Assembly: GCA_043799565.1 (NCBI GenBank)
Contig: JAZDNP010000015.1
Coordinates: 12,557-76,556 of the forward strand
Direction: 5' to 3'
DNA: 64,000 bases
Origin: Candidatus Brennerbacteria bacterium
GTDB lineage: Bacteria; Patescibacteriota; Minisyncoccia; UBA6257; GWB1-50-10
In this document: positions 45,449-54,645 of the stretch, in pieces
Layout of the letters: each line of letters opens with the position of its first letter
How positions within the stretch are numbered: the stretch's first letter is position 1
Notes under the pieces: generated by a model
Seen by the model: the letters and a program-made list of their open reading frames with translations, nothing else
Database searches by the model: none
Told to the model about the DNA's origin: nothing
Made by a program: the position numbers and the translations under genes

Positions 45449-45925
45449 ATGACACTCAGCCGCATTCACGTTTTTGCATGGATTTCGGCGGCACTCACTG
45501 CCGCATTTGTATTTGAGCTTTCCGGGGCTTTTCGTATCGGTGCCGCGGGCGTCTACGTTGCACTTCTTGTCATCCTTCTTGCGGGCTTTTTCAGCGTGCG
45601 GTGGTTTGCGGGATTTCTCGCGTTCCTTCTTCTTGTGCTTTCGTTCCTCGTGGCACCCTTTTGGGTCCTGGAAACCGGCGCAGTGGCACTTCTTGCGATT
45701 TTTCTTCTTATTGTCGCCCCTTTTCTCACCGGGAATCGGTTTTATGATTTTCTCATACTGGTTGGCGGTGGAGCGTGCGCGATAGCGGTCTTCGGTGGTG
45801 CGGTGCACGGAGGGGTTTCACTTCAAACGGTGGTGCTCACGCTCATCATGAACCTTGCGGTCGGCGCGGGGCTCTTTCTTATTGTGGAAAGAAATTCGGG
45901 GAAGGCGAGTACGTTCGCGCTATGA
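45449..45925 (+). CDS. mreD: MreD-like polytopic membrane protein
   Basis: About 5 TM helices, located between mreC and the PBP2 gene. Call rests mainly on synteny. Confidence 0.6.
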   Translation: MTLSRIHVFAWISAALTAAFVFELSGAFRIGAAGVYVALLVILLAGFFSVRWFAGFLAFLLLVLSFLVAPFWVLETGAVALLAIFLLIVAPFLTGNRFYDFLILVGGGACAIAVFGGAVHGGVSLQTVVLTLIMNLAVGAGLFLIVERNSGKASTFAL

Positions 45926-47793
45926 CGAAGTCGCCTTTCGGACTGGAGGATGTGCTTGCCGACCGCGCCCTAGAGGACACCCTTCTTGAGGTACCACTTG
46001 GCCCCCAAGCGTTCCGCGTGTTCGTAGCGCTTTCCGCCGCGATTGCACTTGCGGTGGGGTTTCAGGTTTTCTATCTGTCTGTTGCAAAGCACGATCTCTA
46101 TGAGGCGCGGTCCGAAGCAAACGTTATGGATGTGCGTGTGGAACCGGCTCCACGCGGCATCATCCGCGACCGTTTTGGAGATGCGCTCGTGGAAAACATT
46201 CCTTCGTGGAGCGCGATTCTCGTGCCGCGCGATTTGCCCACGGATTCGGACGAACGGAATGCCATCATCACCCGCATTGCCGCGCTTCTCGGAGAAGATT
46301 CCGAGGCGCTTCGTGCGCGCGTTGCCGCAAAAGATTGGAGCGTTTCGGACCGGTTCGTTCTCTCCGACTCGCTCCCGCAAGAGGCGCTTCTTGTGCTTTC
46401 CACCGAAACCATTCCCGGGATACTCGTAGAACGTTCATTCCAGCGCGTACAAGCCGAAAAGTTCGCTTACGCACACCTTGTAGGGTATACGGGGCGGGTA
46501 GGAAACGCCGACCTCGCGCGGGACCCCACGCTGAATCCAGAGGGCGTTATCGGAAGAGCGGGAATCGAGGCGGAATACGACGAATTCCTCCGCGGCGGCG
46601 ACGGGCAGACCGTCACGTATTGGAACGCGCACGGCGAAGAGCAGGGCACCGCGCATTATGAAGCGCCCACGCCGGGCGCGGAAATAAAGACCTTCATTGA
46701 CGGTGAGCTTCAGGAACTTCTTTATGAACGTTTTTCCCGCGCGCTTCGCGAGCTCGGGAGAATTTCCGGAGTGGCGCTTGCGATGGACCCGCGAAACGGA
46801 GAAGTAAAAGCGCTGGTATCCATTCCGAGCTTTGACTCCACGAATATCGCGAAATATCTTTCCGCGTCCCACAATCCACTTTTCAATCGGGCGTCCCAAG
46901 GTACCTACAATCCCGGTTCAACCATCAAACCGCTGGTCGGTACCGCTGCGCTCGCCGAGGGAGTCATCACGCCGGAGGCCCAAATATTCTCTGCGGGTTT
47001 CATTGAAGTGCCGAACCCGTACGACCCTACGAATCCGAGCCGTTTTCTTGATAACAAAGCGCACGGATGGGTGGACATCCACTCCGCGCTCGCAAAATCT
47101 TCCAACATCTACTTCTACGAAGTGGCGGGAGGTTTTGAAAAGCAACGCGGCATCGGGATCGAGACGCTGAAAGATTGGTGGGAGCGTTTTGGGTTGGGAA
47201 AGCTGACTGGTATTGACCTCCCTGGAGAAAAAGAAGGATTACTTCCGGACCCCGCATGGAAAGAAGACGAACGCTCCGAGCCGTGGCGCGTGGGCGATAC
47301 CTACAACGTTGCGATAGGCCAAGGGGATCTCCTCGTCACGCCTTTGGAGCTTTTGAACTATATCGCCGCGGTGGGGAATGGCGGTACGCTTTGGCGCCCA
47401 CGCGTGGTCCGCTCTGTGGTGGAGAATGGCGACATTAAATTCACGAACGAACCCGAGGTTCTCTCGGACCTCACGGAGCTCGTGCGGGACGCGCTCCCCG
47501 AGGTGCAGGAGGGAATGAGGGACGTGGTGCGTCAAAGTTACGGCACTGCCCACTCGCTTTCCGACCTGCCGCTCGCGGTTGCGGCAAAAACCGGTACCGC
47601 GCAGGTGGAAGGGAATACCAAAATAAACGCCCTTTTCGTCGGGTATGCTCCGGCGAACGACCCCGAGCTCGCGCTCCTCATCCTCGTGGAGGACGCACGG
47701 GAAGGGAGCCTGAACACGGTGCCCGTAGCGCACGATATATTCCTGTGGTACTATAACGAGCGAATCAGAAACGCACCTCTTATCCATCAATAA
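45922..47793 (+). CDS. mrdA: Penicillin-binding protein 2
   Basis: APRGII.DR.G, STIK (SxxK), SSN (SxN), KTGTA. ATGA overlap with the mreD-like gene. Confidence 0.92.
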   Translation: MTKSPFGLEDVLADRALEDTLLEVPLGPQAFRVFVALSAAIALAVGFQVFYLSVAKHDLYEARSEANVMDVRVEPAPRGIIRDRFGDALVENIPSWSAILVPRDLPTDSDERNAIITRIAALLGEDSEALRARVAAKDWSVSDRFVLSDSLPQEALLVLSTETIPGILVERSFQRVQAEKFAYAHLVGYTGRVGNADLARDPTLNPEGVIGRAGIEAEYDEFLRGGDGQTVTYWNAHGEEQGTAHYEAPTPGAEIKTFIDGELQELLYERFSRALRELGRISGVALAMDPRNGEVKALVSIPSFDSTNIAKYLSASHNPLFNRASQGTYNPGSTIKPLVGTAALAEGVITPEAQIFSAGFIEVPNPYDPTNPSRFLDNKAHGWVDIHSALAKSSNIYFYEVAGGFEKQRGIGIETLKDWWERFGLGKLTGIDLPGEKEGLLPDPAWKEDERSEPWRVGDTYNVAIGQGDLLVTPLELLNYIAAVGNGGTLWRPRVVRSVVENGDIKFTNEPEVLSDLTELVRDALPEVQEGMRDVVRQSYGTAHSLSDLPLAVAAKTGTAQVEGNTKINALFVGYAPANDPELALLILVEDAREGSLNTVPVAHDIFLWYYNERIRNAPLIHQ

Positions 47794-47796
47794 ACG

Positions 47797-48267
47797 ATGC
47801 TGAGCCATGCCTATCTCACCCAAGAGCGATATGATGAGGTCGTTCGTGAGGTGAACAAACTAAAAACGGAAGAGCGAAGGCGCGTTGCGGAACGCCTGAA
47901 AAATGCGAAAGACCTCGGAGATCTCTCCGAGAATTTTGATTATCACGAGGCACGCGAGGAGCAGGCACGCCTGGAAGCGCGCATCCACGAGTTGGAGGAG
48001 CTTCTCCGGAACTCCGTCATCATCAAAAAAGCATCCGGTAACTCCACGGTGCGCATCGGCGGCAAGGTAACCGTGACGAAACTTGGCGAGGGGCTGGGCG
48101 GAACAGCATTCACCATTGTGGGTTCAAGCGAAGCAAAGCCCGCAGAAGGTTTTATATCCAACGAATCTCCGCTCGGGCGGGCACTCCTCGGGAAAAAGGT
48201 AGGGGACAGCGTGTCGGTCACTACGCCGAAAGGCGCGAGCACATATCAGGTGGTAAGGATAGAATAA
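47797..48267 (+). CDS. greA: Transcription elongation factor GreA
   Basis: GDLSEN..Y..A, IS.ESPLG.ALLG. Confidence 0.95.
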   Translation: MLSHAYLTQERYDEVVREVNKLKTEERRRVAERLKNAKDLGDLSENFDYHEAREEQARLEARIHELEELLRNSVIIKKASGNSTVRIGGKVTVTKLGEGLGGTAFTIVGSSEAKPAEGFISNESPLGRALLGKKVGDSVSVTTPKGASTYQVVRIE

Positions 48268-48271
48268 AAGC

Positions 48272-49714
48272 ATGAAAGAGGAGCTTCTTCGGGAACGTGC
48301 ACGGAAGCGGGAGCGGTATGAAAAAATCGCCGATCCTTACCCCGCACGTGTGGCGCGCGATAAAAGCATCGCGGAAGCGCTCGCGTCGTTCGGGAAAAAA
48401 GGAAATCGTCCGCTTTCTCTTGTGGGGCGCATAACCTCGCTTCGGGACCAAGGAAAAATTATTTTTGCGAACTGCACGGACGAAAGCGGCACCATACAAC
48501 TCGTACTGGAGAACGGTATAACAAAACAATTTGATATCGTGAAGGACGCATGGGACGTCGGTGACTTCGTGGAAGCGAAGGGGAAGCTTATGACAACGAA
48601 GCGCGGCACCAAGAGCCTTGCGGTCCAAACAACCCGCGTCATTGCAAAGAGCATGCGTCCGCTCCCAGTGCACTGGTATGGGCTTGAAGATATTGAGACG
48701 CGTCTCCGCAAGCGCTACCTGGACCTCCTGGTCCATCCGGAGACAAAAGAGCTTTTCATCAAAAAGGAACGATTTTGGAATGCGGTTAGGCGTTCGCTTG
48801 CGGCGGAAGGATTTCACGAGGTGGAAACGGGTGTTTTGGAAGCGGTACCGGGAGGCGCCGATGCTGAACCTTTCATCACACATCACAATGCGCTCAATAC
48901 CGATTTCTACCTCCGTATTTCCCTGGAGCTTCCGTTGAAGCGTCTCCTGGTTGGTGGGTTCGAAAAAGTGTGTGAAATCGGGCGCGTGTTTCGCAATGAG
49001 GGGATAGACCGCGAACATCTTCAGGATTACACCGCGATGGAATGCTACGCGGCGTATTGGGACGAGGAGCGGATGATGAAATTCGTGCAAGCGATGTATC
49101 AACGCGTGGTGAAAGAAACCACACAAGGTCTCACCACGACATACGAAGGAGTGCAGTTGAAGTGGGGAGGAAAATGGAAAAAGGTGGACTATTTTGAAGC
49201 GTTCAAGAAGGGAACCGGAATTGATCTTACGAAAGCCACGGATATGGAACTCCGCGCGAAAGCAAAGGTGCTCGGGCTTGCCCCCGAAGCGGGTGCATTA
49301 CGTGGCCGGCTCATTGACCTCATATATAAAAAGACGGTGAGACCCAAGCTCGTGCAACCGTCGTTCCTTGTCGGACACCCAACGGAAATTTCACCGCTCG
49401 CGAAAAAAGACCCAAAGCGACCGGGACGAGCACTCCGATTTCAGCCTATGGCGGCGGGAAGCGAGATGGGGAACGGCTGGGCGGAACAGAACGATCCCAA
49501 AGAGCAGCGCGAGCGTTTTGAGGAGCAGGAGCGTGCACGCGCGGCGGGAGACAAGGAAGCGCAGCGGCTGGACGAGGATTTCATTGAAGCGCTTGAATAC
49601 GGCATGCCGCCCGCGGCGGGATTCGGGCTTTCGGAACGCCTTTTCGCCATACTTATGGATAAGCCGATGCGTGAAACAACCATCTTCCCGCTTATGAAAG
49701 CGGAAGGTAAATAA
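48272..49714 (+). CDS. lysS: Lysine--tRNA ligase (class II)
   Basis: R.RYLDL, GGA.A.PF.THHNAL, LRIS.EL.LKRL.VGGFE, ALEYGMPP.AG. Confidence 0.96.
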   Translation: MKEELLRERARKRERYEKIADPYPARVARDKSIAEALASFGKKGNRPLSLVGRITSLRDQGKIIFANCTDESGTIQLVLENGITKQFDIVKDAWDVGDFVEAKGKLMTTKRGTKSLAVQTTRVIAKSMRPLPVHWYGLEDIETRLRKRYLDLLVHPETKELFIKKERFWNAVRRSLAAEGFHEVETGVLEAVPGGADAEPFITHHNALNTDFYLRISLELPLKRLLVGGFEKVCEIGRVFRNEGIDREHLQDYTAMECYAAYWDEERMMKFVQAMYQRVVKETTQGLTTTYEGVQLKWGGKWKKVDYFEAFKKGTGIDLTKATDMELRAKAKVLGLAPEAGALRGRLIDLIYKKTVRPKLVQPSFLVGHPTEISPLAKKDPKRPGRALRFQPMAAGSEMGNGWAEQNDPKEQRERFEEQERARAAGDKEAQRLDEDFIEALEYGMPPAAGFGLSERLFAILMDKPMRETTIFPLMKAEGK

Positions 49715-49719
49715 TCAAT

Positions 49720-50976
49720 ATGATTGACGTTCATTTTTTGAGAGAACATACGGAGGAGGCGAAGAAGGCGCTCGCGCGGAAGAGGGTGGACGAAAAGCTC
49801 GTGGATAAGTTCCTTCGCGTGGACCAGAACTGGCGCACGAAGCGTGCGGCGTTGGACGGACTTCAGGCGGAGCAGAAAGTCGTGTCAAAGACGCTTGCGG
49901 GCGGCAAGAACGAGGAATTAATCTCGCAGGCGCAGATATTGAAGGCCCGCATCGCGGAGGTGACGGAATCGCTCGTTGATGTGGAGAAGAAGCGCACTGT
50001 GCTCCTTGAGCAATTCCCCAATCCTCCATTCCCAGACGTTCCCGAAGGTCCCAACGCATCCGGCAATCGTGTGCTTCGCGAAGTGGGCGAGAAGCCGGAG
50101 TTTGATTTTAAGCCGGAGGATTATTTGGAAATCGCGGAACACCTCGGCATTATTGACGTGAAACGCGCGGCGAACGTTGCGGGAAGCCGCTTTGGATATC
50201 TCATGGGTGACGGCGCGCTCCTTGAATTCGCGCTCGTGAAGCTTGCAATGGATACGCTCGGCGAACACGGATTTATACCGGTGGTGCCGCCCGTGATGAT
50301 ACGCCCCGAGGTTTTCATGGGCATGGGACGGCTCGCCTCCGATCAAAAAGAGGAGCGCTACTATCTTCCAAAGGATGAATTGTATCTTGTGGGGAGCGGG
50401 GAGCACACCATGGGCCCCATCCATATGGATGAAACGCTGGAAGTGAAAGACCTCCCGCGCCGCTATGCCGGTTTCTCCACATGCTTCCGGCGCGAAGCGG
50501 GGAGTTATGGCAAGGACACTAAGGGAATTTTGCGCGTACACCAATTCGACAAGGTTGAAATGTTCTCATTTGCTGACCCGGCGGTATCCGAGAAGGAGCA
50601 TCGTTTTCTTGTGGACCGGCAGGAAGAGCTTATGCAAAAACTAGAGCTTCCGTACCGCGTAGTGGAAATCTGCACGGGAGATATGGGGTGGACCGACGCG
50701 CGGCAGTTCGACATTGAAACATGGTTTCCAGGAACAAACGAGTATCGTGAGACGCAGTCGGCTTCCAATACCACCGATTTCCAGTCGCGCGGCATCAACG
50801 TAAAAGTGAAGGGGAAAGACGGGGAGAAGATATTCGCGCATATGCTCAACGCGACGGCGTTCGCGATAGGCCGAACGCTCTCCGCCATCATTGAGAACAA
50901 CCAGACAAAGAATGGTACGGTGAAGATACCGAAGGCGCTCCAGGCGTATTTAGGAAAGAAAGAGATAGTAAAGTAA
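49720..50976 (+). CDS. serS: Serine--tRNA ligase
   Basis: CFRREAGSYGKDT.G..RVHQFDKVE, SN.TDFQSR, H.LN.TA. Confidence 0.96.
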   Translation: MIDVHFLREHTEEAKKALARKRVDEKLVDKFLRVDQNWRTKRAALDGLQAEQKVVSKTLAGGKNEELISQAQILKARIAEVTESLVDVEKKRTVLLEQFPNPPFPDVPEGPNASGNRVLREVGEKPEFDFKPEDYLEIAEHLGIIDVKRAANVAGSRFGYLMGDGALLEFALVKLAMDTLGEHGFIPVVPPVMIRPEVFMGMGRLASDQKEERYYLPKDELYLVGSGEHTMGPIHMDETLEVKDLPRRYAGFSTCFRREAGSYGKDTKGILRVHQFDKVEMFSFADPAVSEKEHRFLVDRQEELMQKLELPYRVVEICTGDMGWTDARQFDIETWFPGTNEYRETQSASNTTDFQSRGINVKVKGKDGEKIFAHMLNATAFAIGRTLSAIIENNQTKNGTVKIPKALQAYLGKKEIVK

Positions 50977-51000
50977 AAACCGCGCACACCGCGGTTTTTT
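50975..51000 (+). terminator. Rho-independent terminator
   Basis: AAAAACCGCG-CACAC-CGCGGTTTTTT. Confidence 0.75.
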
Positions 51001-51018
51001 CTTGTACAATATAGAGAA

Positions 51019-51618
51019 ATGCGGACATTAGTGACGCGGATGTTGTGGCTCGCGGTGGCGTGTGCACTCCTCTATGGGGGTTTTGTAGCGTATGAGCGCT
51101 GGTGGGATGGCGATCTTTCGTTCATGAAAGATCGTGTGCTTTCGTTTGTGAGCGACAAAACCGATGAGGTGAAGGGACGTGCGGAGGAAGTGGGGGGAGA
51201 GGTTTTGGAGACCGTGAAAGAAGAAGCGACCGAACAAGCAAAGAGCGCTGTTTCGTCGCTCATTAGAGGCGCGATAGGGTCCATCGGCGAAGCGATACAA
51301 AAATATGGCGAAACGGTTGCGGGGAATCCTTCTGCGGAATCCGCACCCGCCGCAACTGGAGACACGTTTTCTGTGCCTCCACCACCCGTGGCGCTTACCG
51401 CAAAGGCGAATGCCGCACTTTCATTCGTGGTGAATGAGGGAGAAAGTTACTCTGCGGCATGGGGAGACGGCGCATTCGATGAGGGTACCAAGGAGGTGAA
51501 TGTGGGAGTGATTCTTCGTCATGCGTGGAGTACGCCCGGTGATTACACTATGACACTTATAACAAAAGCGAACGGCAACACACGCACGCAAACATTCCCC
51601 ATTCGTATCTACGAGTAA
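51019..51618 (+). CDS. Membrane-anchored protein with C-terminal PKD-like domain
   Basis: TM helix, helical linker, WGDG...HAW.TPG.Y. TACAAT lies 8 nt upstream. Confidence 0.7.
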   Translation: MRTLVTRMLWLAVACALLYGGFVAYERWWDGDLSFMKDRVLSFVSDKTDEVKGRAEEVGGEVLETVKEEATEQAKSAVSSLIRGAIGSIGEAIQKYGETVAGNPSAESAPAATGDTFSVPPPPVALTAKANAALSFVVNEGESYSAAWGDGAFDEGTKEVNVGVILRHAWSTPGDYTMTLITKANGNTRTQTFPIRIYE

Positions 51619-51619
51619 T

Positions 51620-52429
51620 ATGGCGCGATTTTCTGAACAGCATGAAATATTGAAAGGTTCTCGCACGAGAGCCCGCCGCCGGATGTTCTTCAAAATTATT
51701 ATTGGGTGGGTGGTAGTGCTCGCGCTTCTCGGCGGCGGTATTTACACACTTATTGTCACTGATGCACTTAAAGTGCGCGAGGTGCGTGTGGAAGGCGTCC
51801 GCCTTGCGGACCACGCGAAAGTGAAATCCGTACTCGCGGAGAGCGTAGGCGGCGAAGCGCCTCGTTCGTGGTTTGCGGACGACCTTACGTTGTTTTGGCT
51901 ATTTCTGAAACCGCCCGAGTCGTTCCTTAACGCGTTCCCAATGTTCAGAAAGGTTGATGTGGTAACACATCTTTTTTCGCGGGAAGTGGTGATACGCGTT
52001 GCCGAAAGAGAACTCTACGGCGTGTGGTGCATCGTCGGAGGGGAATGCTTTGCGTTCGATGACGAGGGAGTGGTATTCGGCAAGGCGCCCGCGACGTACG
52101 GTACGCTCGTCACTAAAGTAACCGACGTCCGAACGGCCACCTTCTCCGCCGGGGAATCGGTACTTTCCGACGCAGAGTGGCGAGGCCGGATGCTTCGCAC
52201 GCTCGGGGTCCTCCGTGAGTTGAGGCTTACTCCGCGCGCCATCACAGTGCGGGAACCCGCGCTCCGCGAATGGGAGGTGGTTCTTGCGGAAGGTCCGACG
52301 TTGAAATTTTCCTTTGCGTTCGCGCCGGAACGTTTAGATGAAACACTTACCACGCTTTCTCGGCGTGCCGATTTTCGCGCGCTCACATACCTTGATTTCC
52401 GGGTTCAGGACCGTCTCTACTATAAATAA
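51620..52429 (+). CDS. FtsQ/DivIB-like cell division protein
   Basis: Basic N-terminus, TM helix, POTRA-like V.EVRVEG, I.V.ER, D.EGV.F, C-terminal YLDFR..DR.YYK. Confidence 0.75.
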   Translation: MARFSEQHEILKGSRTRARRRMFFKIIIGWVVVLALLGGGIYTLIVTDALKVREVRVEGVRLADHAKVKSVLAESVGGEAPRSWFADDLTLFWLFLKPPESFLNAFPMFRKVDVVTHLFSREVVIRVAERELYGVWCIVGGECFAFDDEGVVFGKAPATYGTLVTKVTDVRTATFSAGESVLSDAEWRGRMLRTLGVLRELRLTPRAITVREPALREWEVVLAEGPTLKFSFAFAPERLDETLTTLSRRADFRALTYLDFRVQDRLYYK

Positions 52430-52449
52430 CAAATGGTATGATGAAAGAA

Positions 52450-53253
52450 ATGAAGCATCGCGAGGGCTTTACGCTCATTGAACTCATTATTTACATGGCC
52501 ATCTTTGGGGTGAGCGCGGTGTTTTTGGTTTCCATTCTGACCGCGGTGACGCGCACCCAAGTGCGCCAGGCATCCGGGAACGAGGTGAACCAGCAGCTTT
52601 CGTTCGTTGCATCCACCATCCAGCGTCTCGTGCGGAGCGCGTCGGTCATCGCGAATGATGCAGGAGTGGCGTCCACCACGCTCGTGTTGCGCATGGCGTC
52701 GTCCACCGTGGATCCCACGTACATCTATGTAGACGCTTCTTCCACTGCCATCTATCTCCAGGAGGCGACGTCTACGCCTATACGTCTTACCGACGACAAA
52801 GTAGCGGTGGGAAATTTTTCTGTGACGAAGCAAGAGCCGTCCGGCGGTCTCGCGGTAGTACATGTGGATCTCACGCTGGAATACCAATCAGCGTCAACTC
52901 AATCTCAAGCGACGCGCACGTGGAGCGGTGCCATCGCGCGCATTTCCGCCGCTATGTTCGATACCGGCATCGTCCCGAACTTAGACAACAACATTGACCT
53001 CGGAAGCACACTGCTCCGGTGGAAGGATGCTTATTTTTCAAATAGCGTTACGATAGGGACGAACGGCGAACTTGGGGTAGGGGGGAGCCCCTCCGCACTT
53101 TCCACGACGAAGATATTTGTGACGGGCGGTGATGTGGGATTTGCCACCAGTACCTACGGCATTCTTCTGATGGCCCCAGGAGGCACTTGTTATCGCCTTA
53201 AAATGGCGAACGGGGGCGCACTTACGACCTCAACGGAAACCTGCCCGAATTAG
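52450..53253 (+). CDS. Type IV prepilin-like protein with C-terminal extension
   Basis: G|FTLIELIIY cleavage/methylation motif. Start chosen 7 nt after TGgTATGAT (the ORF is also open from 52438). Confidence 0.85.
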   Translation: MKHREGFTLIELIIYMAIFGVSAVFLVSILTAVTRTQVRQASGNEVNQQLSFVASTIQRLVRSASVIANDAGVASTTLVLRMASSTVDPTYIYVDASSTAIYLQEATSTPIRLTDDKVAVGNFSVTKQEPSGGLAVVHVDLTLEYQSASTQSQATRTWSGAIARISAAMFDTGIVPNLDNNIDLGSTLLRWKDAYFSNSVTIGTNGELGVGGSPSALSTTKIFVTGGDVGFATSTYGILLMAPGGTCYRLKMANGGALTTSTETCPN

Positions 53254-53276
53254 CGCTTGACACCGTTGAGCGCTAA
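53250..53276. promoter_or_regulatory. CIRCE operator (HrcA site)
   Basis: TTAGCGCTT-N9-GAGCGCTAA versus consensus TTAGCACTC-N9-GAGTGCTAA, upstream of hrcA-grpE-dnaK. Confidence 0.88.
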
Positions 53277-53285
53277 TACTATCCT
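53257..53285 (+). promoter_or_regulatory. Heat-shock operon promoter
   Basis: TTGACA-17-TATCCT, with the -35 inside the CIRCE. Confidence 0.75.
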
Positions 53286-53293
53286 TGGAGGAT

Positions 53294-53419
53294 ATGAATC
53301 CCGTTAGAGATAACCGGATTATATATGTTATGGATGGTAATGTTTGTATGCACAATAAGTTAGAGTGGAAAGGCCGTGGTGTTGCGGTCGCCTCGGGCGG
53401 CCTATCTCTAACGGGATGA
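53294..53419 (+). CDS. 41-aa leader ORF running through the MITE-like element
   Basis: MNPVRDNRIIYV...GGLSLTG*. Its TGA overlaps the hrcA ATG (ATGA). Confidence 0.45.
   Translation: MNPVRDNRIIYVMDGNVCMHNKLEWKGRGVAVASGGLSLTG
53299..53416. mobile_element. 118-bp MITE-like element
   Basis: Perfect 14-bp terminal inverted repeats TCCCGTTAGAGATA / TATCTCTAACGGGA, flanked by TGAA direct repeats (53295-53298, 53417-53420). Confidence 0.75.
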
Positions 53420-54123
53420 AGGAGCGTACGCGTACTATCCTTGAAACCGCGGTCCGTGACTTTATCCACGAGGGCCGTCCGCTCACGTCCGATTACCTCT
53501 ACGAGCGGTACGATTTCGGGATAAAACCCGCAATGATACGGTGGGAGCTCCAAAAGCTCGCGGATGAGGGGTTTCTTTACCAACTGCGCCCATCGGGAGG
53601 GCGATTTCCCACACGGAAGGCCTACGCCGCATACGTGGAGAGCATTGAATCCCGTGCCGATGCCTATTCGGGCATCGAGCATCCACGACGGCTTCGCCGT
53701 CGGGACAAGGTACGTGCCATAACTCCGCCCCGCACCATGGCGGAATTCCCGAAGGAAATCGCGGAAGAGTTGAATGTAATGGGTGCGGGGTATGACCCGC
53801 GCAGGCGGGTATTCCACGAATGTGGGCTCACCAATCTTATTGAGGAGCTCGAGACAGATGTGCGGGAGGAACTACTTGGCGTGGTCCGCGATGTGGAGCG
53901 TTTGGAAGAGCGTCTCGTTTCGCACCTCGGTGCATGGGAGGACGACGACGTGTGGCCAAAGATTTTCGTGGGTGAAACGCCACTTACCAAAACCAAGCTT
54001 CTTTCCGTGCTGGTAGGACGGATGGGGAGCTCGCGCGACCCGTTCTTCGTGCTTGCAGTGGGGCCACTTCGTATGGATTACGAAAAATCACTTGCGCTTT
54101 TTAGAACATTTGACGAGATGTAA
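53416..54123 (+). CDS. hrcA: Heat-inducible repressor HrcA, reduced form
   Basis: R...IL...V..FI....P..S, PA.IR.EL..L...GFL.Q...SGGR.PT.KAY, VGP.RMDY. Confidence 0.88.
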   Translation: MKERTRTILETAVRDFIHEGRPLTSDYLYERYDFGIKPAMIRWELQKLADEGFLYQLRPSGGRFPTRKAYAAYVESIESRADAYSGIEHPRRLRRRDKVRAITPPRTMAEFPKEIAEELNVMGAGYDPRRRVFHECGLTNLIEELETDVREELLGVVRDVERLEERLVSHLGAWEDDDVWPKIFVGETPLTKTKLLSVLVGRMGSSRDPFFVLAVGPLRMDYEKSLALFRTFDEM

Positions 54124-54127
54124 CACT

Positions 54128-54625
54128 ATGAACGACACACCAGAGAAAAAATTGACGGTTGAGGAACTCGAACAGGCGCTCGCGGAGTGTGAGCGTGTGC
54201 GCGACGAATATCTGGACGGCTGGAAGCGCGCCAAGGCGGATTTTGCGAACTACAAGAAAGACGAAGAGGTGCGTGCGACAACACTTGTGAAATTCGCGAA
54301 CGAAATAGTACTTTCCGATCTCCTTCATGTGCTTGACAGTTTTGACCTTGGTCTTGCAACCGTTTCCGAAACCGACCCTGCGCGGAAAGGAATGGAACTT
54401 ATCCGGGGGCAACTAGAAGAGGCCTTGAGACGCCACGGAGTTGAGAGGATTCAGGTGAGACCGGGCGATGCGTTTGACCCGGCACGCCATGAAGCGATAG
54501 GTGAAATCGCCGCCGGAGTACCGCCTGGCACCATAGTGGAGGAGGGCGGTGCCGGATATCTCCTCAATGGTAAGCTCGTAAGGCCGGTGCGCGTAAAACT
54601 ATCCAAAGGTCCTGGAACGAAATAA
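54128..54625 (+). CDS. grpE: Nucleotide exchange factor GrpE
   Basis: R..ADFANY.K, FDPA.HEAI, GY.L...LVRP..V. Confidence 0.95.
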   Translation: MNDTPEKKLTVEELEQALAECERVRDEYLDGWKRAKADFANYKKDEEVRATTLVKFANEIVLSDLLHVLDSFDLGLATVSETDPARKGMELIRGQLEEALRRHGVERIQVRPGDAFDPARHEAIGEIAAGVPPGTIVEEGGAGYLLNGKLVRPVRVKLSKGPGTK

Positions 54626-54645
54626 CAAATCAAACACAATCAACT

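Noticed and set aside
53365-53415. Longer hrcA starting at GTG 53365
   Set aside because: The extension lies inside the MITE-like element, and HrcA similarity starts at MKER (53416).
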